From: a virus
Lineage: Duplodnaviria; Caudoviricetes
IMG/VR virus record: IMGVR_UViG_3300044708_000098
Location: 1 to 27,307 of that record
Strand: one strand, 5' to 3'
DNA: 27,307 nt
Every line of letters starts with the position of its first letter. The stretch's first letter is position 1. The notes below the pieces were generated by a model. It did no database searches. It was not told where the DNA came from and saw only the letters and a program-made list of their open reading frames with translations. This document shows, piece by piece, positions 16,482-23,743 of the stretch. A program made the position numbers and the translations under genes.

Positions 16482-17414
16482 TCAGAACGAGTTCACCATC
16501 GCGGGGAGCGGCTGATAGATGGCGTTGTCGTAGAACCCCGCTTCACTGCGAGCACCCGAGGTACCTTGCGTGACGAAGTATCCTGCCGCAAACCCGTCGT
16601 TGTTACCCGCAAGCAGGACATTGTCCAGCCGAGTTCCGCTGTAGGTGTGGGCGAGTTGACCATTCAGGTAGGCCTTGAGCGTTGAACCTCCGCCGACTAC
16701 CGGGGTGTAATCCATGCGCAGTTCAACGAGATGGTAGTCCACTTGGAATGACGGCTGGAGCGTGCATTCGACGACATCCGGCGGGGTTCCGGTATCCGTA
16801 TCCCACACCAGCACTTCCCATTTCTGGCTGGTGGAATTGAAACGCAATTGGATCACCGATCCGGTGCTTGCCGAGGCATAGTTGGTCTGCCACGGTGGGT
16901 TTTGGCTGAAGGACCCCCACTGGATTCCCTGCAACGATTCACCGGCCTGGGTACCAACGTTGTTACCCTGATTTTGGAGCATCTTGTAGCTGAACGGCAG
17001 CGCCCAGACGTTGAATGGGTCCACGAGCAGTTTCTCGCAAATCTCGAAAATCTTATTGGTTCCGGCGGGGAGATCGACATAACGGACGATCCCAAGCGCC
17101 TTGTCGATGTAGCTTGCCGAGCGAAATCCCGGAATCGTGGACCCGGCGGGGACTTGCAGATCATACCGAAACTTGCGGTGATAGAACGCGGTATCGTAGA
17201 GGCGCGCGTCGATCAGGGCGTTTACTTCGGCGATGTTCAAGTCCGCGACTCCGCCGCCACCCATCCAAATCGCGAGTTGGGGGTTGCACTTGAGTTCTTC
17301 GCGCAGGCACCACTCGCCGCAATCGGGGCAGGGGTAGGTGAGCTCGCGCAACTGTGCGATCGGGTTCGGGACCGGGGCGTCACAGTGGGGGCAGGCGAGT
17401 TGGAGACCGGACAC
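16482..17414 (-). CDS. Zn-ribbon + ConA-like lectin domain protein
   Basis: N-terminal CPHC...CPDC. The C-terminus YHLVELRMDY...LKAYLNGQLAHTY is a ConA/LamG-like pattern. Confidence 0.6.
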   Translation of the reverse strand: MSGLQLACPHCDAPVPNPIAQLRELTYPCPDCGEWCLREELKCNPQLAIWMGGGGVADLNIAEVNALIDARLYDTAFYHRKFRYDLQVPAGSTIPGFRSASYIDKALGIVRYVDLPAGTNKIFEICEKLLVDPFNVWALPFSYKMLQNQGNNVGTQAGESLQGIQWGSFSQNPPWQTNYASASTGSVIQLRFNSTSQKWEVLVWDTDTGTPPDVVECTLQPSFQVDYHLVELRMDYTPVVGGGSTLKAYLNGQLAHTYSGTRLDNVLLAGNNDGFAAGYFVTQGTSGARSEAGFYDNAIYQPLPAMVNSF

Positions 17415-17418
17415 ACGA

Positions 17419-17598
17419 TCACGCCCGTCTACGGGTGGGTTTCTTGTGTCGATCAGCGGAGCCGGTTTCCTGCTCGTTGCGCCGCTCGCCGAGCAGGATG
17501 GCGACCATCTGCTTGGGGTCCGTAACGATGGGGCCGTGCTTGGAGCCGCTGTGGAGCTTGCCGGCCTTGAACTTCTTGGAGACCAAGGCGCTTGGCAT
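17419..17598 (-). CDS. DUF6496-like small basic protein (59 aa)
   Basis: Not in the ORF track. MPSALVSKKFKAGKLHSGSKHGPIVTDPKQMVAILLGERR matches the FK.GKLHSGS..GP.V...KQA.AI signature. Confidence 0.75.
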   Translation of the reverse strand: MPSALVSKKFKAGKLHSGSKHGPIVTDPKQMVAILLGERRNEQETGSADRHKKPTRRRA

Positions 17599-17605
17599 CG
17601 TCAGA

Positions 17606-17769
17606 CCGGAAAACGAAGGCCGCTCTCAACCGGGCTCAGGGCGGCTAGGGTGAGCGGCATCCTGCCTACGGCCTTCGCGCAGACTTCCGGGCGGTCCATC
17701 GCGTGCCTCGCTCGATCCGTGAAGGGGTGACGCGGCGCGATCCTGTCGTGCAGTCGCGCGCGCCGCGTC
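17606..17769 (-). ncRNA. Candidate structured leader / ncRNA
   Basis: Stems CCGGAA/TTCCGG (17606-11/17685-90), CGAAGGCCG/CGGCCTTCG (17614-22/17669-77) enclosing two small hairpins, and GACGCGGCGCG/CGCGCCGCGTC (17729-39/17759-69). Confidence 0.4.
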
Positions 17770-17814
17770 CGGGAGTCGCGACCTCGGGCATGTTGCTCCG
17801 GGTCACGCGTTGCG

Positions 17815-18444
17815 TCAAGCGTGTTCTTGGTGAGCGGCGAACGCGGCGAGCTGGCGTGCTTTCTCGGCGGCCATCTCGTCGTCGCTCATGGTCAGGAGCG
17901 GCCGGTACTGCCACAACTCGTCGGGGTCTTTCGGGGCGGGTGGCATGTGCAGCAGGTCCGTCAGCAGTTCAGCGACGTTGAGTTTTTCGGGGAGCGGGTA
18001 GTCCTTGTCGCCGATGCGCAAGTAGGTCCCGTATTCGGGCTCGCCGTGAATCTTGGCAGCGAGCGAGACGCGTTCGCGCCACGGCTGTTCGTCGTCGAAC
18101 GTGAGCGGGACTCCGGCGCCCCGGTACTTGAGCGTGCTCATAGCGGAGCCGGTGGTCCAGGCGAGGCGCCACTGCCAGTAGCGGTCGAGCGTGGACCACT
18201 GGGCGAGCTCGGTAAGGCCGAACATGTGGCGGACGAAATCGGGTTCGTGAGCGATCTCCAGGACCATTTCGCAGGGACGCAGATTGCGTTGCTGGAGGGT
18301 GCGGACGAGGCGCCAGACGGCACGGGTGCAGGCGGAATCAACCGGACTTGCGGACTTGTAGCTGCTTCCGTCCTCGCGGAACCCGTAGAACTCCGGCAGC
18401 TTGGGCTCGGCGTTGCGCTTCTTCTCGGACGTTTTCCAGCCCAC
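17815..18444 (-). CDS. Hypothetical protein
   Basis: GTG 18444 preceded by GGAGG (alternative ATG 18471); protein-like composition; no family recognised. Confidence 0.7.
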   Translation of the reverse strand: MGWKTSEKKRNAEPKLPEFYGFREDGSSYKSASPVDSACTRAVWRLVRTLQQRNLRPCEMVLEIAHEPDFVRHMFGLTELAQWSTLDRYWQWRLAWTTGSAMSTLKYRGAGVPLTFDDEQPWRERVSLAAKIHGEPEYGTYLRIGDKDYPLPEKLNVAELLTDLLHMPPAPKDPDELWQYRPLLTMSDDEMAAEKARQLAAFAAHQEHA

Positions 18445-18601
18445 GGGGACCTCCTGTTTCGGGTTTTTCATCGAGCCACGGGCAGCGGGGAAAACCGGCG
18501 CCGACCCAAGTGCTGGCAGCGGGGGTGGACATCCAGACCGAGCCGTCGGAGAGCAGGACGTAGGCGCGGCCCTGATCGACGGCGAAGGCAACTAGTTTCA
18601 T
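18338..18601 (-). CDS. Hypothetical protein (MKLVAFAVDQGRAYVLLSDGSVW...)
   Basis: ATG overlaps the rep stop (ATGA), but it overlaps the downstream gene by about 100 nt. Confidence 0.5.
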   Translation of the reverse strand: MKLVAFAVDQGRAYVLLSDGSVWMSTPAASTWVGAGFPRCPWLDEKPETGGPRGLENVREEAQRRAQAAGVLRVPRGRKQLQVRKSG

Positions 18602-19398
18602 CCGGCCTCCAGCATCAGGTTGCGGTGGTAATCGTTCAACCAGGTCGAGGCGTCTTTGCGAAAACGCGGCTCCGAGGGGGCTTTTTCTCGGTAGCCTTCG
18701 AAGGCGGACCAGACGGCGTCCCAGTCGGACTGGCCTTCGGGGTGGGGTATGGCGCACCAGGCTTTCCAGGCGGCGGCCCGAGAACAACCCGGCTTGAACT
18801 CGCTGTAGGCGGGCCAGAAGCTCTCAGCGAAGGTTTCGGCCCAGTCCTTGTCGGTGCGGGGCATATCGAGCCCGCGCGGAGGCCGAGACCGAACCTTCTT
18901 CGCTGGAAGCCTCGAACCTCCGTTGAGTGATAACGAAAACTCACTCGCGGAGCCGTTAGGCGACGTGTGTGTGTTTGTTTCTATAGCTTCTAGACTAGAA
19001 GCAGAAGCAACACCAGAAGCAGGGCTCGCCATGGCTTGCCGTCGCTCGCCGTCGCTAGCCACGGCTAGCCGCCGCTTGCCACGGCTAACAGACGCGTTCG
19101 CCCGCTGCACCCGGCTCACCTCCGCCTGCCGTACCGCTTCGTCCCGCAAAAATGGCAGGTACCAGCCGTCCTCGTGCCCCAGGACGATCTCGTACCCGCC
19201 GCGTACTGCTACCCACGCCTCAACGCTGTACCCCAACGACTTGCGCCATTCGTCCTCGCTCGACTCCGCCCCCCTCCCACCCAGCCATATCGCAGGGATC
19301 GCATCGTACAGCCGCAACCGCTCCGCATCCCCCAAGACGTTCCGCCCCGTCTCCGTCACCCACCGCGCCATGTCCAAGCTAACTGTCCTCCAGGCCAT
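18598..19398 (-). CDS. Phage replication initiator (YdaU/DUF1376-like N-terminus, 'FW..Y' C-terminal domain)
   Basis: N-terminus ..AERLRLYDAIPAIW...EDGWYLPFLRDEA..., low-complexity linker, C-terminus FAESFWPAY...AAWKAW...RFRKDASTWLND. ATG 19398 with GGAGG. Confidence 0.72.
   Translation of the reverse strand: MAWRTVSLDMARWVTETGRNVLGDAERLRLYDAIPAIWLGGRGAESSEDEWRKSLGYSVEAWVAVRGGYEIVLGHEDGWYLPFLRDEAVRQAEVSRVQRANASVSRGKRRLAVASDGERRQAMASPASGVASASSLEAIETNTHTSPNGSASEFSLSLNGGSRLPAKKVRSRPPRGLDMPRTDKDWAETFAESFWPAYSEFKPGCSRAAAWKAWCAIPHPEGQSDWDAVWSAFEGYREKAPSEPRFRKDASTWLNDYHRNLMLEAG
19021..19090. repeat. Seven 10-bp-period repeats (NNSGCTHGCC), candidate origin iterons
   Basis: agggctcgcc atggcttgcc gtcgctcgcc gtcgctagcc acggctagcc gccgcttgcc acggctaaca; adjacent palindrome GCTTCTAG-A-CTAGAAGC (18986-19002) and an AT-richer patch. 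Confidence 0.7.
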
Positions 19399-19418
19399 CC
19401 GTTGCCTCCATCCAAGCA

Positions 19419-19499
19419 GAAATCCGGCCCGTCCACGGTACTGCTGCTCTCCGTCTGCCTGCGGGGCGAGGGAAGGCCTTCGTGAACGGACCGGATTCC
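19419..19499 (-). promoter_or_regulatory. Long stem in the 5' UTR of the rep/late operon
   Basis: Arms 19421-19437 and 19481-19497 pair over 17 bp, uninterrupted on the minus-strand RNA via two G-U pairs. Confidence 0.6.
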
Positions 19500-19526
19500 T
19501 GTTGCCTTTCTCTCCCCGCACTTACC

Positions 19527-19555
19527 AATCTATGCCCGCTCCCTGCATTTGTCAA
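19527..19555 (-). promoter_or_regulatory. Sigma70-type promoter for the rep operon
   Basis: TTGACA-N17-TAGATT on the minus strand. Confidence 0.75.
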
Positions 19556-19686
19556 TGCCCGCTATCTCCATGTCCCCAAAAAACTTCCCGTATTTCTCGA
19601 CTTGGGTATCTCTAAATCTCACTCGCCCAGTTGGGGCCCTCCCCCGCCCACTTCACTGGTCAGAAACAAGCCAATAATCGTGCGTA

Positions 19687-19710
19687 ATGTAAACCTGTTA
19701 TGTAAACCTG
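19687..19710. repeat. Direct repeat ATGTAAACCTG x2
   Basis: Copies at 19687-19697 and 19700-19710 in the divergent intergenic region. Confidence 0.6.
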
Positions 19711-19986
19711 GCTGTCTGCGAGCTGGTTACCAAAGCTGACAGGGTGACAGGCGGTTGGGCATAGCGCTCTGGGACGGCGTTGGGCTCACGAGGCTGGGCT
19801 GAGCGGGCGGGACAGGTTCGAGGTAGGCGTGGAGTACTAGGTAGCGTAGGCAGGGCTAGGGTGGGCGCGCCGGTTGACCACGAGGTGGCGTTCTCGTGTG
19901 ACCCGCATGGCAGGTTGTATCTAGGTTGGGCTCAAGGCCCCGCCGGCCCTTGCCGAAGAAATCAACACCCCCTCGCAGAATAGCTA

Positions 19987-20016
19987 TTGACACGGCCACC
20001 AGTGCGGCCATATGAT
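19987..20016 (+). promoter_or_regulatory. Sigma70-type early promoter
   Basis: TTGACA-N18-TATGAT; the palindrome AATAGCTATT (19979-19988) overlaps the -35. Confidence 0.75.
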
Positions 20017-20064
20017 GTGGGTGACAGGCGGATTGGGCCGCTTGCCACCAGAAAGGCGGAGAAC

Positions 20065-20874
20065 ATGACCGAACGCCAGCAGCTCCGATTCGCGGACTTG
20101 CTCCGCGAGGCCGTAGAGCAGCCGGGCAGCATCGCGGCAGCCTATTCCATGTTCCACACGTACAGCATGGGGAATGCCATGGCTGCAATGTTCCAGTGTC
20201 GCGGCCGTGGCATTACGCCCGGACCTATCGCGACGTTCCCCAAGTGGAAGGAACTGGGACGGCATGTCAAGCGGGGCGAGCGTGCGTTGACGCTGTGCAT
20301 GCCGCTGACCTGCAAGCGTGAGGTCAACCGCCCGGACGGCGAAGTGGATACCGAAGTTTTCGCCCGGTTCGTATGGCGTCCACTTTGGTTCGTGCTGGCG
20401 CAGACGGACGGCGCAACCGAGCCGACACTGCCAGCCGTTCCCGGGTTCGATTGGGACCGTGCGCTCCAATCGCTCAAGGTAGTGCGTGTGCCGTTCACGA
20501 TGGAGAACGGGAATTGTCAGGGATACGCCTATGAGCGCTCCGTTGCCGTGTCTCCGCTCGCGTACAATCCCGGCCGCACGCTGGCGCATGAAGTGGCGCA
20601 CGTGGTGCTCGGGCACACGGAACACGAAACCGCCAGCCTGTCCGATACGGAAACTCTGACGCACTCGGACCGGGAAGTAGAAGCGGAAGGAACGGCCTAC
20701 ATCGTGGCCAGCGTTCTCGGCCTGCCGGAACTGGACAAGTCCCGAGGCTACTTGCAGCATTGGCTTGGGAAGGGTGAAGTTTCGGAGCGTAGTGCCGCGC
20801 GCATCTTCAAGGCAGCAGACCAAATCCTGAAGGCGGGCCGGGAAGTCTCCGAGTCTGCAGAGGTGGCGTCATGA
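20065..20874 (+). CDS. ardC: ArdC-like antirestriction protein (ssDNA-binding N-domain + zincin-like HExxH domain)
   Basis: FHTYSMGN, ATFPKWKELGRHVKRGERA, FVLAQTDG, TLAHEVAH, REVEAE..AY, SRGYLQHW, RIFKAADQIL. ATG 20065 with GGAG; the track's TTG start is the -35 box. Confidence 0.88.
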   Translation: MTERQQLRFADLLREAVEQPGSIAAAYSMFHTYSMGNAMAAMFQCRGRGITPGPIATFPKWKELGRHVKRGERALTLCMPLTCKREVNRPDGEVDTEVFARFVWRPLWFVLAQTDGATEPTLPAVPGFDWDRALQSLKVVRVPFTMENGNCQGYAYERSVAVSPLAYNPGRTLAHEVAHVVLGHTEHETASLSDTETLTHSDREVEAEGTAYIVASVLGLPELDKSRGYLQHWLGKGEVSERSAARIFKAADQILKAGREVSESAEVAS

Positions 20875-21212
20875 CCCGCTCGCCCGGACAGGTTGCGCTC
20901 AAACTGTTGTGGCATTCCGAGAACGACGGCAAGCCGGACATGCCAAATGCGGATCGCTGGCGCGCGATCGAGGATGTCCGCGCGCTGATCGCCGAGCGCG
21001 ACTCGCTCCGCTCCGCAGCCGCCGAGATGGCGGAGGCGCTGGCGGATGTGCGACGGATCGCCACGGAATCGGGCAACAGCATCACCGACAATGCGCCGTT
21101 CTGGTCCGTGTTGCAGATCAAGAATCATGCGCAGCAGACGAACTGCGAGATTGCGGATCGGATCGACGGGACGCTCTCCCGCTGGTCCGCCCTGACTGGA
21201 GGTGCCAAGTGA
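20871..21212 (+). CDS. Hypothetical protein
   Basis: ATGA overlap; coiled-coil segment. Confidence 0.65.
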   Translation: MTRSPGQVALKLLWHSENDGKPDMPNADRWRAIEDVRALIAERDSLRSAAAEMAEALADVRRIATESGNSITDNAPFWSVLQIKNHAQQTNCEIADRIDGTLSRWSALTGGAK

Positions 21213-21574
21213 CCGCCCGCCAGAACGCAGCGCCCGACAAGCACACGCCAGCTCCCGGCGACCCCGGCATGCCAACCTATGCCACCCTCCGCGATGGCGA
21301 AGATGAAACGCACCTAGAATGCCGGTTCAGCGATGGACAGAAGTACGCGGCCGTCACCGTCGATGTGGACTGCGAAACTCTCGCCGGCTTCGTGCTCTAT
21401 GCCATCAACCACGCCACGCTCATGGCTGCCGCGCCCGACCTGCTCGCTGCGCTCAAGGTTCTCATGGACCACGCCAGCGAAACGTACCCCCATTTCGAGG
21501 ACACGCGCGGACAGGCGGGCATCGCGGCCGCCCGCGCCGCTATCGCCAAGGCCGCCCCGGAGGTGATCTCGTGA
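21209..21574 (+). CDS. Phage protein with KHTP...AAAPDLL motif
   Basis: GTG 21209 with GGAGG; KHTPAP and ATLMAAAPDLLAALK, a common early phage protein motif. Confidence 0.72.
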   Translation: MTARQNAAPDKHTPAPGDPGMPTYATLRDGEDETHLECRFSDGQKYAAVTVDVDCETLAGFVLYAINHATLMAAAPDLLAALKVLMDHASETYPHFEDTRGQAGIAAARAAIAKAAPEVIS

Positions 21575-21768
21575 ACGGGCTCCGATGCTCCCAATACTAC
21601 GGCCGCGAGCGCTGCACCACTCCGGCAGATGTCTGGCTCGTCGCGCCGGACGGCCACAAGGTTCCCGGATGCTGGTACTGCCAGAAGCACGCGAACGTCA
21701 TCATCGCCGAGTACAACATGAAACTCGGGGAACTTTGGAGCACCGTCCGGCTGGAGGTGCTGTCATGA
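21571..21768 (+). CDS. Small Cys/His-rich protein
   Basis: GTG 21571 with GGAGG; C..C...CWYCQKH. Confidence 0.6.
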   Translation: MNGLRCSQYYGRERCTTPADVWLVAPDGHKVPGCWYCQKHANVIIAEYNMKLGELWSTVRLEVLS

Positions 21769-22169
21769 CCCTGCCCTACGATCCCACGCGCCAGACCGGA
21801 ACCAATGACTTGTCCCGCTCCGATACTGACCCACGCTCGCCCGGACAGTGCTGGCTGTGGCCTGACCGCACCATCGGCAAGGTGGAGTCTCGAATCCTGC
21901 GCGACGAGCACAACGCGCTGGTGAACGAGTCCGCCGCGCTCCGGGAGCAGGTCGCGACACTCACGGAGGCGCTCCGGGACGCGCTTGGCGCGATGGAAGC
22001 GTCGGCGTACCATTGTCAGCAAACAGCGGGGCCGACCTGCTGCTATCAGCGCGGAGTACCAAGCGGGGCAATGTGTATCACAGGGAAGATGATCCTCAAC
22101 TCGCGCGCCGCTCTCGCCCGCGCGGAGCAGGGGAGCGGACGTGCCACCGGACAGGAGACGGACCGATGA
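21765..22169 (+). CDS. Hypothetical protein (coiled coil, Cys-rich C-terminus)
   Basis: ATG 21765 with GGAGG and ATGA overlap. Confidence 0.62.
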   Translation: MTLPYDPTRQTGTNDLSRSDTDPRSPGQCWLWPDRTIGKVESRILRDEHNALVNESAALREQVATLTEALRDALGAMEASAYHCQQTAGPTCCYQRGVPSGAMCITGKMILNSRAALARAEQGSGRATGQETDR

Positions 22170-22519
22170 GCCGCTTCCGTGGTCGCCCAGCCAATCGGGT
22201 GTCGTCACCATATCGCGCCTCGCTCTTGCAGCGTTGGCTAAGGAGAATCAAACATGATGGCGAACACTGGCTGTGGACTGGCGCTACCACCGACACCGGG
22301 TACGGGACAATCGGTGCTGGCGGGGTTGGTGGGGCCACTCTCAAGGCGCATCGGGTTGCGTGGTTTTTCAGTACTGGTGAATGGCCAGCCGACGGACTGG
22401 TGGTACGCCATCTATGCGGAAACCGACTGTGCGTTCGCCCCGGACACCTGTCCATCGGCACTCAGTCCGATAACCGGAGAGACGCGGTAGCCGCCCGCGC
22501 CCAGGAGGGGACCAAGTGA
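22166..22519 (+). CDS. HNH (His-Me finger) endonuclease
   Basis: WLWTGA...GYG, AHRVAW, VRHLCGNRLCVRPGHL..GTQSDN. Start ATG 22166. Confidence 0.88.
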   Translation: MSRFRGRPANRVSSPYRASLLQRWLRRIKHDGEHWLWTGATTDTGYGTIGAGGVGGATLKAHRVAWFFSTGEWPADGLVVRHLCGNRLCVRPGHLSIGTQSDNRRDAVAARAQEGTK

Positions 22520-23214
22520 GCGCCATTGAGCAGGCCGCACCCAGCATCACCGTCTGGCATTTCGCTGCCGACAAACTCCGCGATGGCCGTCCGCTCCCGA
22601 AGGCTGGCGACGCGTTGCACCATGAGGGCGAAGTCATCCCGTGCGAGTCCGGTTACCACGGCTCCCTGCGGGCGCTCGACGCTCTGCAATACGCGCCGGG
22701 GCCGTTCGTCGCGCGCCGTCACTTGTCGGGCGTCATCCTACCGCACCAAAACGACAAGCACGCCGCGTCCGACTGCACGATGCTGACCGACTACATTGAC
22801 GCGACGAACATGCTGCATCGGTTCGCTTGCTGGTGCGCTACGAAGGCACTGGACCGCGAGGACGCTGCGGGCCGACCCGTGGACCCACGAAGCCGCGCGG
22901 CCGTTGCAGCCAAGCTCGCATGGCTCGACGGCGAGATTGACGAGGCGACGCTGGCTGCCGCGTGGGATGCCGCGAGGGATGCCGCGAGGGCTGCCGCGAG
23001 GGATGCCGCGAGGGATGCCGCGAGGGATGCCGCGAGGGCTGCCGCGAGGGCTGCCGCGTGGGATGCCGCGTGGGCTGCCGCGTGGGATGCCGCGTGGGCT
23101 GCCGCGTGGGATGCCGCGAGGGATGCCGCGAGGGATGCCGCGTGGGATGATTTCAACACCGAATTGGAGCGACTTCTCACCGAACTGCTCGACGCCAGCG
23201 AGGTCCAACCATGA
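22516..23214 (+). CDS. Phage protein with (D/A)AA(R/W) repeats
   Basis: N-terminal [19 protein letters not shown] domain, FACWCA...[13 protein letters not shown] helical domain, then a tetrapeptide repeat. Confidence 0.8.
   Translation: MSAIEQAAPSITVWHFAADKLRDGRPLPKAGDALHHEGEVIPCESGYHGSLRALDALQYAPGPFVARRHLSGVILPHQNDKHAASDCTMLTDYIDATNMLHRFACWCATKALDREDAAGRPVDPRSRAAVAAKLAWLDGEIDEATLAAAWDAARDAARAAARDAARDAARDAARAAARAAAWDAAWAAAWDAAWAAAWDAARDAARDAAWDDFNTELERLLTELLDASEVQP
22954..23145 (+). repeat. 16 x 12-bp coding tandem repeat G(A/C)TGCCGCG(A/T)GG
   Basis: Counted directly; encodes [16 protein letters not shown]. Confidence 0.95.
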
Positions 23215-23390
23215 GCCGCAACCTGCGTAGCCTCGCGTTCCAATACGCCCGCGCCAGTTCCCGCGAGCTGGCCGCTTGGGACTCGCCCTACCGTGCCCGC
23301 TGGTCCTACCGGGCCGAACGTGCCCGCCGGCGCCTGCCCGCCCATGTCCAAACTGTCCTACGGCCGCATACGAAGGTGCCACATGCCTGA
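23211..23390 (+). CDS. Small basic hypothetical protein (59 aa)
   Basis: Not in the track; [27 protein letters not shown]...; ATGA overlap and GAGG RBS. Confidence 0.55.
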   Translation: MSRNLRSLAFQYARASSRELAAWDSPYRARWSYRAERARRRLPAHVQTVLRPHTKVPHA

Positions 23391-23550
23391 CCTGCGCGAA
23401 CAACTTGCTCATCGGCTTGAACAAGTCTGGCTTGCGAGCATTCAATCCGGTCTGCCCGTACCGCTGCTGCTCTTAGCTATTGGCAGCTTCGCAGAATACA
23501 TTGACGAACATCGCAAGCCGAAAGACAACCGGGAGGGCTGGAGACCATGA
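23383..23550 (+). CDS. Hypothetical protein (55 aa)
   Basis: ATG 23383 with AAGGTG; [12 protein letters not shown]... Confidence 0.55.
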   Translation: MPDLREQLAHRLEQVWLASIQSGLPVPLLLLAIGSFAEYIDEHRKPKDNREGWRP

Positions 23551-23711
23551 CAGCCATCTGCTGGCTGTGCGACCGCCCGATCACTGACCTATCCGTCGAA
23601 ACCAGCGCGGAGCCGTTCCGCCTGCCTCCGGGCGAGGCTCACTTGGACTGCGCGCTCATTCGCTGGACCGAGCTCTACGCCGATGTCGCAGACCAGTTCC
23701 CGCTGAGATAG
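23547..23711 (+). CDS. Small Zn-finger protein (CxxC...HxxC)
   Basis: Not in the track; MTAICWLCDRPI...EAHLDCA; ATGA overlap and GGAG. Confidence 0.6.
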   Translation: MTAICWLCDRPITDLSVETSAEPFRLPPGEAHLDCALIRWTELYADVADQFPLR

Positions 23712-23743
23712 CCGTTGACTTGGCTAAACTGATAGCCTAGTAT
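23709..23743 (+). promoter_or_regulatory. Sigma70-type promoter with overlapping inverted repeats
   Basis: TTGACT(23715-20)-N17-TAGTAT(23738-43); TAGCC/GGCTA/TAGCC at 23709, 23722 and 23733. Confidence 0.65.

Noticed and set aside
13239-17414. Diversity-generating retroelement acting on the fibre genes
   Set aside because: No reverse transcriptase, and I saw no TR/VR repeat pair in the window.
2-19615. Many long plus-strand ORFs (e.g. 518-1579, 2381-3637, 10456-11457, 17821-18930)
   Set aside because: Antisense shadows of well-supported minus-strand genes in high-GC DNA, with no motifs or RBS.
19740-19870. G-quadruplex in the G-rich intergenic tract
   Set aside because: GGG runs are present but irregularly and widely spaced, so it cannot be supported from sequence alone.
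22954-23145. Repeat array considered as CRISPR
   Set aside because: Contiguous 12-bp units with no spacers, in frame within a protein.
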